Positions 44,449 through 54,906 are shown, counted from the stretch's first letter. The stretch: DNA of 64,000 bases from Candidatus Nomurabacteria bacterium (GCA_023267215.1 JAHFNS010000002.1:128892-192891); one strand, 5' to 3'. Translations and numbers: made by a program. Notes: generated by a model not told the origin, from the letters alone.

Positions 44449-45414
44449 ATGGAAGGACAAAATTTTGGGTTAAAAAGCAATAATTTAGACTTAGAAAAAT
44501 CTTCGGCTCAGAATGATTTAGACTCTTTGCTAAGAGAAAAAGGTGTTGAAAATGTTCCTAAAATTGAAACCAATTTCTTTTTTCATAAACACTCAACAGC
44601 AGAAGACGGACAAGCGGTGGGTGAACGTCTAAAAAATGCAGATATTCTTATTCAGGAAAACGCTGGTTGGGATTCTGCTCGACTTGATATTTTCAACGAC
44701 GTATCGAATGGTATCCTGACCCCTGAACAAGCGATGGATATGGAAAAGCATAATGGAAAGCCATTTTTGTGGAAAGACTTCTATGCTTCGTTACTCGACG
44801 GTTTGTATAAATCAGACAAGAGAGTAATGCTTGTGGACGTTCCGAATGATAATGTTGTCTTTAAAAACCTTATGGGCCTATATGCGTCCAATGGTGCCTA
44901 CAATAACCTCATTAACAAGTCCTTACCTTACGAGGAAGCGCTAAGGAGAATTGGTAATGTCTCAAAATTTGAATCTGACATGCAGAAGGCTCGCGAAGAT
45001 TATATTTTAGAAAAACTTCCAGAAGCTCTAGCTGAAACATTGAAGCAGAATCCTGATCTCCAGAAAAAAGAAAACTTGAAAATACTTTTCTCAATGGGAG
45101 GTTTTCACACTCGCCTATATCACGAGATGAAAAAATTAGGGAATGATGTAAGTCGAGAATTCTCAAACATGCCATACAGTTTTGATCCTCGAATGTCTGC
45201 TGAGCGCAGTATTCATTTCAAGGGAATGGAGGAGTCAAAATATTTGTTGCCTAAAATAGCCCTCTATCTTATCCTAAAGAAAGAGCTACCAAACCTAGAG
45301 ATAACACATGACGTTATATCTGTTTTCTCGGATGAGGAAATTAAAAGCCTTTATGAAAAATACCAGACAGCTTCTTCGGAAGAGTTTAAAGAATACTTCG
45401 AGTCGATATTATAG
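44449..45414 (+). CDS. Hypothetical protein (locally GC-elevated gene)
   Basis: 321-aa ORF with no recognisable motifs; its base composition is visibly more GC-rich than its neighbours. Confidence 0.5.
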   Translation: MEGQNFGLKSNNLDLEKSSAQNDLDSLLREKGVENVPKIETNFFFHKHSTAEDGQAVGERLKNADILIQENAGWDSARLDIFNDVSNGILTPEQAMDMEKHNGKPFLWKDFYASLLDGLYKSDKRVMLVDVPNDNVVFKNLMGLYASNGAYNNLINKSLPYEEALRRIGNVSKFESDMQKAREDYILEKLPEALAETLKQNPDLQKKENLKILFSMGGFHTRLYHEMKKLGNDVSREFSNMPYSFDPRMSAERSIHFKGMEESKYLLPKIALYLILKKELPNLEITHDVISVFSDEEIKSLYEKYQTASSEEFKEYFESIL

Positions 45415-45475
45415 ACTCCGACCCACATGCCTCGCACTGGAAATAATATCTTAATAATTTTGATATAATATAAAT

Positions 45476-46120
45476 ATGAAAATCAGTAAGATAACACAAT
45501 CTCTTTTATTAATGTCTCTCGTGGTTGTTGTCTTTAATATTGCTCGTCTTGATATGTGGGGTACGACCAATCTTTTGTATTTAATTTGGAATCTTTTTTT
45601 GGCCTGGATACCATATATCATTTCTTCATGTTTTATAAAAAAAGAGACATCTGTAAATTATTTCATTCCAATTTTTGTCGTCTGGATTTTGTTTTTTCCT
45701 AATGCACCATATTTAGTAACAGATGTTTTACATATAGCCTCAAGTTTATCAATATCATTATGGTATGACAGTTTGCTGTTCTTCTTTTTCGGATGGATAG
45801 GTTTACTTTTAAGTATATTATCACTCTCCCATGTTTATAATTATTTAAAAGTTCATTTAAGTTATTTAACTTCAGAAATTATTATTTTTGTTATCTGTTT
45901 AATATCAAGTTTTGGAATATATTTAGGTAGATTCGAACGATGGAATAGTTGGGATATATTCGTTGATCCATTACATTTAATAAAAGACTCTCTTTATATT
46001 TCGACCAACCTAATATACGTAAAAACACCCTTATTATTTATAGGTGTTTTTACGATATTTATGTATTTTACTTACAAAACAATAACTGTTTTAGTAACCA
46101 AACAAATGTGCAAAGAATGA
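45476..46120 (+). CDS. Integral membrane protein, hypothetical (DUF1361-like?)
   Basis: 214 aa with about 6 TM helices; family assignment is a guess. Confidence 0.45.
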   Translation: MKISKITQSLLLMSLVVVVFNIARLDMWGTTNLLYLIWNLFLAWIPYIISSCFIKKETSVNYFIPIFVVWILFFPNAPYLVTDVLHIASSLSISLWYDSLLFFFFGWIGLLLSILSLSHVYNYLKVHLSYLTSEIIIFVICLISSFGIYLGRFERWNSWDIFVDPLHLIKDSLYISTNLIYVKTPLLFIGVFTIFMYFTYKTITVLVTKQMCKE

Positions 46121-46909
46121 ACCAATACCACCAAAGAATCCCCTACTGGGTTGCTTGTTTGTTCCTGTTGTTATTGGTTGTGCTTGATCAATAACAGTCG
46201 AAGCAACAACTGCATTACCATTCACTGTGCCTTGTGCAATTATATTATCTCCGACAACCACGTTGGAAATCAATATGGTGTTTGATCCTTTCATTATTTT
46301 TGCATTAGTTGTATCTATGGTATAAGTCACATTACTTTTGTTTGTAATAGTTAACGTTACTCCATTAATTAGAGAAACGGTACCAGCGACAATTGGTTGT
46401 CCATTACCTGCAAACAATGGATTATTTTGTGCATCTTTGTTTTCCATCTTTTTTACATCACCATTTACACCACGTCCTAAGAATCCATCACGGATATTTA
46501 TAGCAACAACGTTAGTACCAGTCACAGTGCCTTGTATGGAGACATTGTCCCCGACAAGAATACTTGTAATAGTACCAGCAACATTATTTTTCATAATTTT
46601 TGCATTTGTTGCATCTACTGTATATGTAACAGTTGTAGATGTAGTGTTTGTAGAATCTGTTTTGATAAATTGTTTGCTAACAACAGCAATAGTATTACCA
46701 TTAATAGCTGAAACTGTACCGAAAACTCCCCCTTTCATCATTCCCCAATTTCCTTTACCTACATTATCTCCACGATTACGCATCATGCTACCAATACCAT
46801 TATTAGATTGATTAACAATTGTATTATCAGCTAAAACAGGCAAAGCTCCTGCTAAAACTGTTAAAACAGCAAAGACTATAAATGTATAGATATATTTTGT
46901 ATTTTTCAT
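46091..46909 (-). CDS. Secreted protein with internally duplicated roughly 75-aa domain
   Basis: Signal peptide begins at the MKNTKYIYTF Met (46909). Two repeats (TVTYTVDATNAKIMKNNVAGTITSILVGDNVSIQGTVTGTNVVA and VTYTIDTTNAKIMKGSNTILISNVVVGDNIIAQGTVNGNAVVA). The ORF-track start at 46993 is probably spurious. Confidence 0.5.
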   Translation of the reverse strand: MKNTKYIYTFIVFAVLTVLAGALPVLADNTIVNQSNNGIGSMMRNRGDNVGKGNWGMMKGGVFGTVSAINGNTIAVVSKQFIKTDSTNTTSTTVTYTVDATNAKIMKNNVAGTITSILVGDNVSIQGTVTGTNVVAINIRDGFLGRGVNGDVKKMENKDAQNNPLFAGNGQPIVAGTVSLINGVTLTITNKSNVTYTIDTTNAKIMKGSNTILISNVVVGDNIIAQGTVNGNAVVASTVIDQAQPITTGTNKQPSRGFFGGIGSFFAHLFGY

Positions 46910-47051
46910 ATGTAATTTTTTTATTAATAATTTACAGAATACGACATAATCTGTATATAGATGTATACGTCTTGTAAAAATGAAATGGTGCATTAAATTT
47001 AATACCTATTTTAGATAGACTTAAAATAACTGTGGGGGTATAATTGTATTA

Positions 47052-47519
47052 ATGAATGAAAATAAAGAAATAGAATGGTCTGCTTTAGAATACGAAAAAA
47101 AAGAGCGAAGTAATGATTGGTTTTGGGCTCTTGGTGTTATTGTCGTAGCTTCCTCCGTTGCTTCTTTTATTTACGGTAATTTCTTTTTTGGTTTACTTTT
47201 AATAATAGGCGGAGTATTACTTGGTTTTTTTGCAGTTAAAAAACCGGACTTGGTTTTTTACGAAATAAATAAAAATGGATTAAAAATAAGAAGTCGTCTT
47301 TATCCTTATAAAAATATAAAATCTTTTTGGATAAAAAAGGAAAGAGAAAACCCTACTCTTTTTATAAAATCAGGAAGAATTTTTATGCCAATAATTTCAA
47401 TGCCAGTAAAGAGAGAAATAGTAGAAGATATAAAAAAAATGATGCTTGAAAATGATGTTTTAGAAGAAGAGATGAAAGAACATGTCTCTGAAAAAATAAT
47501 GGATTCTTTGGGATTCTAG
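47052..47519 (+). CDS. Membrane-anchored bacterial PH-like (DUF304/YdbS-like) protein
   Basis: Two N-terminal TM helices followed by a roughly 80-aa domain with a bPH_2-like pattern. Confidence 0.4.
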   Translation: MNENKEIEWSALEYEKKERSNDWFWALGVIVVASSVASFIYGNFFFGLLLIIGGVLLGFFAVKKPDLVFYEINKNGLKIRSRLYPYKNIKSFWIKKERENPTLFIKSGRIFMPIISMPVKREIVEDIKKMMLENDVLEEEMKEHVSEKIMDSLGF

Positions 47520-47567
47520 TTATTGAAAAGTGGATTTTTAAACTTAAAATTGTTAATCTAACAATAT

Positions 47568-47639
47568 CCTCTCGTCGTTCAATGGATAGGACGTAACTTT
47601 GCGGAAGTTATGATGCAGGTTCGATTCCTGCCGAGAGGA
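47568..47639 (+). tRNA. tRNA-Arg (anticodon GCG by hand fold)
   Basis: Acceptor CCTCTCG/CGAGAGG, D-arm GTTC-AATGGATA-GGAC, anticodon stem TAACT/AGTTA, loop TTGCGGA, T-arm GCAGG-TTCGATT-CCTGC. Confidence 0.7.
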
Positions 47640-47665
47640 CAAGAATTTATGCTACACTTGTTATT

Positions 47666-48226
47666 ATGCATTCCGAAGAAACTGACGAGCAAATAATCAT
47701 TTTATTTAAAACTGGAAATGAAGAAGTATTTAAGATTTTAATAGATCGATATACACCCATCCTTTATAATTTTGTCGCGCGTTTAACAGATAAAGATAAT
47801 GCTAGCGATATTCTTCAAGAAACTTTCATAAAAGTTTGGAAAAATCTAAAAAAATTTGACGAAGAAAAAGCCAGTTTCAAAACTTGGATTTTTACGATTG
47901 CTAAAAATACGACTACTGATTTTTTAAGAAAGAAAAAAAGTTTAATTTTTTCTGATTTTGGAAAAGATGAAGAAGAGAATTCTTTTGAAAACAACATACC
48001 TGATGAAGATTTATTACCAGATGAAATCTTACAAAGAACACAAGATTTTGAGTTACTTAATAAAACATTAGAAAAACTCACAATAAATTACAGAACAATT
48101 TTAATACTTCACTACCAAGAAGATATGACTTTTAAAGAAATAGGAGAAATTTTAGATAAACCTTTAAACACCATTAAAAATCAACACTACAGAGCTATCT
48201 TCGAATTACGAAAAATGTTAACATAA
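47666..48226 (+). CDS. RNA polymerase sigma factor, ECF (sigma-70 region 2/4) family
   Basis: Region 2 (ILQETFIKVWKNL..F..WIFTIAKN) and region 4 HTH at the C-terminus. Confidence 0.8.
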   Translation: MHSEETDEQIIILFKTGNEEVFKILIDRYTPILYNFVARLTDKDNASDILQETFIKVWKNLKKFDEEKASFKTWIFTIAKNTTTDFLRKKKSLIFSDFGKDEEENSFENNIPDEDLLPDEILQRTQDFELLNKTLEKLTINYRTILILHYQEDMTFKEIGEILDKPLNTIKNQHYRAIFELRKMLT

Positions 48227-48285
48227 GCACCAAAAATAATTATTTAACGTATGTATAGTATAATGAACTAGTTTTAGTAAATTTT

Positions 48286-48885
48286 ATGTCATTTGATTCA
48301 CTCATCCCCAATTTTTTATTTTTAGTAACTAGTTACAAATATCTACTTCTGTTTATGAGTATTGTTATAGAGGGGCCCATTTTAATGGTCGCTTCTGGTT
48401 TCCTTATTCTTTTAGGATTTTTTGAACCAATTCCGACGTTCCTTGTAATTATCTCTGGTGATTTATTAGGAGATATTATTTGGTATTATATCGGCTATTT
48501 TTTTGCTCCACCATTTATAAGAAAATATGGAAAATTCTTCAAAATAACCCCAGAAATATTTGAAAAAGCAAAGATTCTCTTTCATAAAAATCAAAACAAG
48601 ATATTATTGATTTCTAAGGTAACCATTGGATTTGGAATGTCATTAGCGACACTCATGGCAGCTGGTGCTTCTCACATTTCCTTAAAGAGATATGCCCTAC
48701 TAAACTTTTTAGGGGAATTGTTTTTAGTAAGTGTTCTTTTGACTATCGGATATTTTTTTGGGCAAATGTATGTTTCTATATCTGGCATGATGAAAATTTA
48801 TTTTCTGATAGGAACTATTATTGCGATAATTATTTTTATTTTTTATTTCAGTAAATATATTAAAAATACCGTCATAAAAATTTAA
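48286..48885 (+). CDS. DedA/SNARE-associated family membrane protein
   Basis: A membrane protein with a G..L...YY.GY........K...I......K .........KVTIGFG DedA signature. Confidence 0.7.
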   Translation: MSFDSLIPNFLFLVTSYKYLLLFMSIVIEGPILMVASGFLILLGFFEPIPTFLVIISGDLLGDIIWYYIGYFFAPPFIRKYGKFFKITPEIFEKAKILFHKNQNKILLISKVTIGFGMSLATLMAAGASHISLKRYALLNFLGELFLVSVLLTIGYFFGQMYVSISGMMKIYFLIGTIIAIIIFIFYFSKYIKNTVIKI

Positions 48886-48901
48886 ATTTTATTAGAATTA
48901 A

Positions 48902-49636
48902 ATGCAAAATATGAAACTTTCAATTATCATTCCCACTTTAGAAGAAGAAAAAATTCTTGAAAAGATGTTAATTTCTTTAAAAGAATTAAACAAAATAGAT
49001 TATGAAGTGATAGTTTCTGATGGACATTCAAAAGATAAAACAGTAGAAATCGCAAAAAAATATGCAAATAAAGTGATAGAACATGACGGACTCACTCGCC
49101 AAACAATAGCCGCTGGCAGAAATGCTGGAGCCAATATCGCACAAGGAGATTTTTTGGTATTTTTAGATGCAGACGTTTTTATTCCAGAAATAAATACTTT
49201 TTTTACAAAAGCGATTTCAAAATTTGAAAAAGAAAAAAGGTTGGTTGCTCTTGTCCCCTATTTAAAAACATTACCTGAATATGAAAAATGGAGTGATTAT
49301 ATCTCTCTAATTATTTTAAATTCTATTTACTATTTTATGAATAATATTTTACAAAAAGGTTCGGCTGGTGGTGAATTTCAAATGTTTCGTAGAGAAACAT
49401 TTGAAAAAATAGGAGGCTATAATAAAAATATGGTAGTTTGTGAAGACATCGAAATGCTTATGCGAATGTCTAAAATAGGGAAAACTAGACTCGATACCTC
49501 TCTTATTGTAATGCATACCTCACGTAGAGCCCATAATGAAGGTTGGATTTCTCTTTGGAGAAAATGGATTTTCAATGCTATTTCAAATATTATTTTCAAA
49601 AAACCAGCTGTTGGGGAATGGAATGTATCTCGCTAA
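48902..49636 (+). CDS. Family 2 glycosyltransferase
   Basis: LSIIIPTLEEE...YEVIVSDGHSKDKT and DAD motifs of GT-A fold GT2 enzymes. Confidence 0.75.
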   Translation: MQNMKLSIIIPTLEEEKILEKMLISLKELNKIDYEVIVSDGHSKDKTVEIAKKYANKVIEHDGLTRQTIAAGRNAGANIAQGDFLVFLDADVFIPEINTFFTKAISKFEKEKRLVALVPYLKTLPEYEKWSDYISLIILNSIYYFMNNILQKGSAGGEFQMFRRETFEKIGGYNKNMVVCEDIEMLMRMSKIGKTRLDTSLIVMHTSRRAHNEGWISLWRKWIFNAISNIIFKKPAVGEWNVSR

Positions 49637-49680
49637 AAGAAACGCACCAAAATTTATTATTAAACGTATATAAAAGAAAC

Positions 49681-50097
49681 ATGGAAAAAGAACTAAAAAA
49701 AGCGTTCCAAAAAGCTAAATTTGAAGAAAATTCTAATTTAGCTTCAAATATTTGGCAAAATATAATTATTCGCAACAGACGTATCGCTCGCTTAAAGTTG
49801 TGGACTTTTTCTTTGACTGGATTGATTTCACTGTCAGGTATCATTCCTGCTTGGAAAGCATTACTAAGCGACTTGGCCCAATCTGGTTTTTATGAATATC
49901 TATCTTTGATCTTTTCTAATGATGGATCTTTCTTTCACTATTCGAAAGAAATAATGCTCTCTATCGCCGAATCAATACCAACCATGAGTATCATAATGTC
50001 CTTATCTTTAGTCTTTGTCCTTTTCCTTTCACTCAAACATGTAACAAAACAAATTATTAATAATAACCAAATATTTTCACAGGCCTCCCCTGTATAA
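49681..50097 (+). CDS. Membrane protein, hypothetical (anti-sigma-like topology)
   Basis: Probable start at the MEKELKK Met: a cytoplasmic N-terminal segment followed by TM helices. The ORF-track start at 49543 overlaps the GT2 gene and is unlikely. Confidence 0.4.
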   Translation: MEKELKKAFQKAKFEENSNLASNIWQNIIIRNRRIARLKLWTFSLTGLISLSGIIPAWKALLSDLAQSGFYEYLSLIFSNDGSFFHYSKEIMLSIAESIPTMSIIMSLSLVFVLFLSLKHVTKQIINNNQIFSQASPV

Positions 50098-50114
50098 TTA
50101 CACAAGGAAACCCT

Positions 50115-50657
50115 GTGGTTTTTAAATTTATGAAAAAAACATACGAAGACATAAAGAGTTTTTTGAAAAAGGTTTTTGAGTCAAAAATTTTAGTCAAATT
50201 TTTATACGTGATCGGAATTATTATAATAGCCATACTTATATTTTCAGCTGGAATTTCTATTGGTTTTCATAAAGCAGGTTTTGGTAGAGATTGGGGAGAA
50301 AATTATGAACGTAATTTTGGTATGAGACCTGATCGTATGATGTTTGGTGGAAATAATTTTCCAAATGCTCATGGAGCAACAGGTAAAATAATAAAAATAG
50401 AATTACCAACAATAATAGTGCAAGACAAATACAATACTGAAAAAGTAATTTTAATAAAAGATGACACACAAATACAAGAAACAATGCAAAATATTAAAAT
50501 GAGTAATCTTGCTGTTGATGATTATATAATTGTTATTGGCACCCCAAACGAACAAGGACAAATAGAAGCAAAATTTATTAGAGTAATGCCATTTGGCATG
50601 CCTGGTACAATCCTACCTCCACAAACACCAGCAATACCACCAACACCTATAAAATAA
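50115..50657 (+). CDS. Membrane-anchored hypothetical protein with Pro-rich C-terminus
   Basis: 180 aa with a single N-terminal TM helix. Confidence 0.4.
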   Translation: MVFKFMKKTYEDIKSFLKKVFESKILVKFLYVIGIIIIAILIFSAGISIGFHKAGFGRDWGENYERNFGMRPDRMMFGGNNFPNAHGATGKIIKIELPTIIVQDKYNTEKVILIKDDTQIQETMQNIKMSNLAVDDYIIVIGTPNEQGQIEAKFIRVMPFGMPGTILPPQTPAIPPTPIK

Positions 50658-50661
50658 ACAT

Positions 50662-52350
50662 ATGAGAAATTATTTCACAAAAATTAAAGCTTATGTCGTT
50701 AAGCATAAAATCATTAGCATCATCATTTTAATCATAATATTACTAATCATTTATTGGGGATACGGGAAACTCACAAGCACTGGAGGAGAAACACAATACA
50801 TAACAACTACAGTACAAAAAGGAACAATCGTTTCATCTATCACAGCTTCTGGTCAAATAGAAAGTTCTAGCCAAATAGATTTGAAAGCAAATACTTCTGG
50901 CACCATTACTTATGTCGGGGTAAAACCTGGAGACAAAGTTTTAAAAGGTAAAACACTTTTCTCAATTGATAATAAAGATGCACAAAAAGTTATCCGCGAT
51001 GCAGAAATAAGTTTGCAATCCGCACAAATCGCTTTGGATAAACTAAAAATACAAAACTCAAATGATAATATGAATGCTGACTTAGCAAAATCATATGATG
51101 ATGGATTTAATACTGTTTCTAATACATTTCTTGATCTACCAGGAATCATGACAGGTCTTGATAGTATGTTCTTTAAAAGCACTATTAGTGGAGGAACAGG
51201 TCAATTAAATATAGATTGGTATGAAGGGCAAGCTTCAAGCGAAGATCAAGATAAAGTAAAATCTTACAAAAAAAGTTTTGTAGATTCTTACAATCTTGCT
51301 CTAGCAGCCTACAACACCAGTTCTGATAACTATAAAACAGTCTCACGAACTTCAGACAATACAACCATCGAGAGACTCATATCTCAAACTTATGACACTA
51401 GTAAATTAATATCTGATGCCATAAAAAATGCTAATAACTATCTTGATATTATCAATGATTCAATGCAAAGACATAATTTTAACATCCCCACAATAATTAA
51501 TACAAATAAAACAAGCTTGAGTAGTTATACTTCTAAAACCAACACTGCTTTATTAAATTTGCTTTCAATAAAAACAAGTATAAAAGGATATAAGGATGCT
51601 TTTCCTAATTCTAGTTTAGATTTACAATCATCTGAATTATCTATAAAACAAAAAGAAAATACTTTACAGGATGCGAAAGATAAACTATCAGATTATTATG
51701 TTGTCGCTCCATTTAATGGAACAATAGCAAGTGTTGTAGCAAAAGTTGGAGATATCTCATCTGGAATTCTTGGTTCAATAATCACAAACCAACAGATAGC
51801 ATTACTTTCTATGAACGAAGTAGATGTATCGAAAATAAAATTGGGACAAAAAGCAACTGTAACTTTTGATGCAATAGATAATTTGTCTATAACTGGTACT
51901 GTCGCCGAAATTGATACACTTGGTACAGTTTCTCAAGGTGTCGTATCATATAGTGTAAAAATTGCATTAGATACCGAAGACGTACGTGTAAAACCAGGAA
52001 TGAGTATTTCTGCATCAATTATTACTGATTCAAAAACAGATGTACTGATAGTGCCGACAAGTGCAATAAAAACACAAGGTAATATAAAATATGTACAAAT
52101 GTTTGGCTCTCCTCTATCTACTCCTCTTGCAGGATCACAAGGGACACCTTCAACAATAGCACCAAATCAAATTACTGTTGAAACAGGACTAACTGATGAC
52201 ACTAATACAGAAATTATTTCTGGAGTTAAAGAAGGAGATCAAATAGTGTCGCGTACCATTACAAGCACAACTACAAAAACTCCAACAGCCACCTCCCTTC
52301 TAGGAGGAAACACTCGTGGTCTTAGTGGAGGGGGAAATTTTGGAAGATAA
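50662..52350 (+). CDS. Periplasmic adaptor (HlyD/MacA-like membrane fusion protein), extended
   Basis: N-terminal TM helix; a biotinyl-lipoyl-like hairpin (GTITYVGVKPGDKVLKGKTLFSID), a long coiled coil and a beta-barrel (VVAPFNGTIASV). Gly-rich C-terminus. Confidence 0.7.
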   Translation: MRNYFTKIKAYVVKHKIISIIILIIILLIIYWGYGKLTSTGGETQYITTTVQKGTIVSSITASGQIESSSQIDLKANTSGTITYVGVKPGDKVLKGKTLFSIDNKDAQKVIRDAEISLQSAQIALDKLKIQNSNDNMNADLAKSYDDGFNTVSNTFLDLPGIMTGLDSMFFKSTISGGTGQLNIDWYEGQASSEDQDKVKSYKKSFVDSYNLALAAYNTSSDNYKTVSRTSDNTTIERLISQTYDTSKLISDAIKNANNYLDIINDSMQRHNFNIPTIINTNKTSLSSYTSKTNTALLNLLSIKTSIKGYKDAFPNSSLDLQSSELSIKQKENTLQDAKDKLSDYYVVAPFNGTIASVVAKVGDISSGILGSIITNQQIALLSMNEVDVSKIKLGQKATVTFDAIDNLSITGTVAEIDTLGTVSQGVVSYSVKIALDTEDVRVKPGMSISASIITDSKTDVLIVPTSAIKTQGNIKYVQMFGSPLSTPLAGSQGTPSTIAPNQITVETGLTDDTNTEIISGVKEGDQIVSRTITSTTTKTPTATSLLGGNTRGLSGGGNFGR

Positions 52351-52356
52351 AAGAGA

Positions 52357-53037
52357 ATGATAGAAATAAAAGACATTACAAAGGTATATAAAAGTAGTGT
52401 GGAAGATTTTCAGGCCTTAAAAGGTATCAGCTTCACAATTTCCGATGGAGAATATGTTGCTATTATGGGTCCTTCTGGTTCTGGTAAATCAACTCTCATG
52501 CACATACTAGGAGCGTTAGACAGTCCAACTTCTGGTACATATTTTTTAGACGGGAAAGATGTCTCAAAATTATCTGATGATGAACTAGCTGATATTCGCA
52601 GAGACAAAATTGGTTTCGTTTTTCAAGCTTTCAATCTTTTACCTCGTACTACAGTCTTGCAAAATGTTTCTCTTCCTCTTGTCTATGAAGGAATCCATGG
52701 CAGAGAACGAGACGAACGCGCAAAAAAAGCACTTATAGATGCAGGATTAGAAGAAAGTCATTTTGGACATCTTTCTAATCAACTTTCTGGGGGTCAAATC
52801 CAACGTGTGGCCATAGCTCGTGCATTAGTAAACAATCCGACACTTATTTTAGCTGACGAACCGACAGGCAACCTTGATACTAAGACAGGAGAAATAGTTT
52901 TGGATACTTTTCAAAAGTTAAATCGTAATTTTGGACGCACTATAATATTAATCACCCACGAACAAGACGTGGCAGATCATGCCGATAGAATTATTCATAT
53001 AAAAGATGGAATAATCTTAAGCGACATTAAAAAATAA
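52357..53037 (+). CDS. ABC transporter ATP-binding protein (MacB/LolD-like)
   Basis: Walker [11 protein letters not shown], signature LSGGQ, Walker [12 protein letters not shown]. Confidence 0.9.
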   Translation: MIEIKDITKVYKSSVEDFQALKGISFTISDGEYVAIMGPSGSGKSTLMHILGALDSPTSGTYFLDGKDVSKLSDDELADIRRDKIGFVFQAFNLLPRTTVLQNVSLPLVYEGIHGRERDERAKKALIDAGLEESHFGHLSNQLSGGQIQRVAIARALVNNPTLILADEPTGNLDTKTGEIVLDTFQKLNRNFGRTIILITHEQDVADHADRIIHIKDGIILSDIKK

Positions 53038-53047
53038 AACAAAAAAA

Positions 53048-54271
53048 ATGAAATTGAAAGATATTTTAGAAGAAACATATAGTGCTCTCTCTTCAAATAA
53101 AATCCGCTCTGGACTTACAATGCTTGGTATTGTAATTGGTATCAGTTCTGTTATAGCTATGACAGCTATAGGTAATGGCGCACAAAGTTCTATTACTGAT
53201 TCTATTCAATCTATTGGCTCCAACCTTATTACTGTCCGTCCTGGGGCAGCACGTGGAGTAGGTATACAAGTAAGTGCTGGACGAGGTTCAGCAAAATCTC
53301 TTACCTTAGCAGACTCAAGTGCAATCATGACAAGTGTTTCATCAGTAAAAAATGTCGCAGCAGAAGTTTCTGGACGTTATCAAGTGACAGCTAAAGGTAC
53401 AAACACAAATACAACAGTGGACGGTATCACTTCAAGTTATGCCTATGTACATAATATAGAGATGGTAGAAGGATCATTCATTACAGATCAAAATGTTGAG
53501 AGTGGGGCAAAAGTCGCAGTGGTCGGACCTACTGTACAGTCAGATTTATTTGGTGGAGATGGGAGTGCTCTGGGACAGACGATTCGTATAAAAAATATGC
53601 AATTTAAAGTTGTGGGTATTACACAATCAAAAGGTGGAACAGGATTTAATAATTCCGATGAAATGATTTTCATTCCGATTACCACAGCACAAAGATATTT
53701 CTCTGGAGACCAATATGTCACTTCTATCAGTGTCGGAGCGACAAACGCAGATACAACCTCACAAGTACAGGCAGATGTTACTACTCTTTTTTTAAACAGA
53801 CATCATATAACTGACCCTGCACTTGCAGACTTTTCTACGCTCAATCAAGCAGACATTATAGCTACAGCTTCTTCTATCACTAGCACTTTCACTACTTTGC
53901 TCGCAGCCATTGCTGGTATTTCTCTACTTGTTGGAGGTATTGGCATAATGAACATGATGTTGACGACCGTCACAGAAAGAACACGCGAAATCGGACTCCG
54001 AAAAGCGATTGGTGCAAAGAGAAAAGATATCAGTAGTCAATTTTTATTAGAAGCAGTGATGCTCACTTTCCTTGGTGGAATCATCGGTGTACTTTTAGGT
54101 TGGTTCATTTCTTTTATCATAACCAAGTTAGGAATAATCACAACAAAAGTTTCCATTGGTTCAGTTTTCTTGGCCTTCGGTGTTTCAGCTTTTATTGGAA
54201 TCGTCTTTGGATATTATCCAGCGACAAGAGCATCAAAATTAAATCCAATTGACGCTTTGAGGTTTGAGTAA
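53048..54271 (+). CDS. ABC transporter permease (FtsX/MacB-like, 4 TM with large periplasmic domain)
   Basis: MacB-type topology with a C-terminal FtsX domain (RTREIGLRKAIGA motif). Confidence 0.85.
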   Translation: MKLKDILEETYSALSSNKIRSGLTMLGIVIGISSVIAMTAIGNGAQSSITDSIQSIGSNLITVRPGAARGVGIQVSAGRGSAKSLTLADSSAIMTSVSSVKNVAAEVSGRYQVTAKGTNTNTTVDGITSSYAYVHNIEMVEGSFITDQNVESGAKVAVVGPTVQSDLFGGDGSALGQTIRIKNMQFKVVGITQSKGGTGFNNSDEMIFIPITTAQRYFSGDQYVTSISVGATNADTTSQVQADVTTLFLNRHHITDPALADFSTLNQADIIATASSITSTFTTLLAAIAGISLLVGGIGIMNMMLTTVTERTREIGLRKAIGAKRKDISSQFLLEAVMLTFLGGIIGVLLGWFISFIITKLGIITTKVSIGSVFLAFGVSAFIGIVFGYYPATRASKLNPIDALRFE

Positions 54272-54279
54272 AAAAACAT

Positions 54280-54726
54280 ATGAATAAAAATAAAAAAATT
54301 ATTTTTGGAGTAATAGGAGTTGTAATTTTAGCAGGAGTATTTTATGGAGGAATGATTTATGGAAAAAACCAAACTTCCACAGGAGGAATTAACGCAAATA
54401 TGCAAAATCGTGTAGGACAATTTGGTGCTGGTAATAGAAATAATAGAACAACAGGAGGAGGATTTGTCTCTGGAGAAATTATTTCAAAAGATGATAAAAG
54501 TATCACAGTTAAAATTATGAATAATGATCCATCAGCAACTAATACAAATACTGGATCAAAAATTATTTTCTTTGATACGAGTACAACAATCTCAAAAATG
54601 GCTGCTGGGTCTTTAAATGATTTGGTAGCAGGCACACAAGTTTCAATCACAGGATCTGCAAATACTGACGGTAGTGTGACGGCAAAAACTATCCAAATAA
54701 GGCCACAGACAAAACTCAATAAATAA
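54280..54726 (+). CDS. Secreted/membrane-anchored hypothetical protein
   Basis: 148 aa with an N-terminal TM/signal and a Gly/Asn-rich low-complexity segment. Confidence 0.45.
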   Translation: MNKNKKIIFGVIGVVILAGVFYGGMIYGKNQTSTGGINANMQNRVGQFGAGNRNNRTTGGGFVSGEIISKDDKSITVKIMNNDPSATNTNTGSKIIFFDTSTTISKMAAGSLNDLVAGTQVSITGSANTDGSVTAKTIQIRPQTKLNK

Positions 54727-54728
54727 AT

Positions 54729-54767
54729 TCACCTCACCCCTACCCCTCTCCTTAATAAGGAGAGGGG
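54729..54767. repeat. Palindromic repeat element copy C (intergenic)
   Basis: TCACCTCACCCCTACCCCTCTCCTTAATAAGGAGAGGGG, immediately after the 54280 gene stop. Confidence 0.65.
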
Positions 54768-54906
54768 TTTTGTCTTCTGTAATAATTTTATTTTTAACAC
54801 GTCAACACTAAAGGATGATAGTCCATACCTTGACTTTATTGGTAAAGGTGATATACTACAAGTTAACAAATCTGTACAAAAATTGAAAACTAAATAGAGG
54901 TATAAA

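Noticed and set aside
46910-46993. 5' extension of the secreted repeat protein ORF (MHHFIFTRRIHLYTDYVVFCKLLIKKLH)
   Set aside because: The signal peptide begins at the downstream Met (MKNTKYIYTF...), and the extension would put charged residues before the signal.
4007-54767. Repeat copies A-E as a CRISPR array
   Set aside because: The copies are dispersed over 50 kb, irregularly spaced and in both orientations, and several sit inside coding sequence. No cas genes are present.
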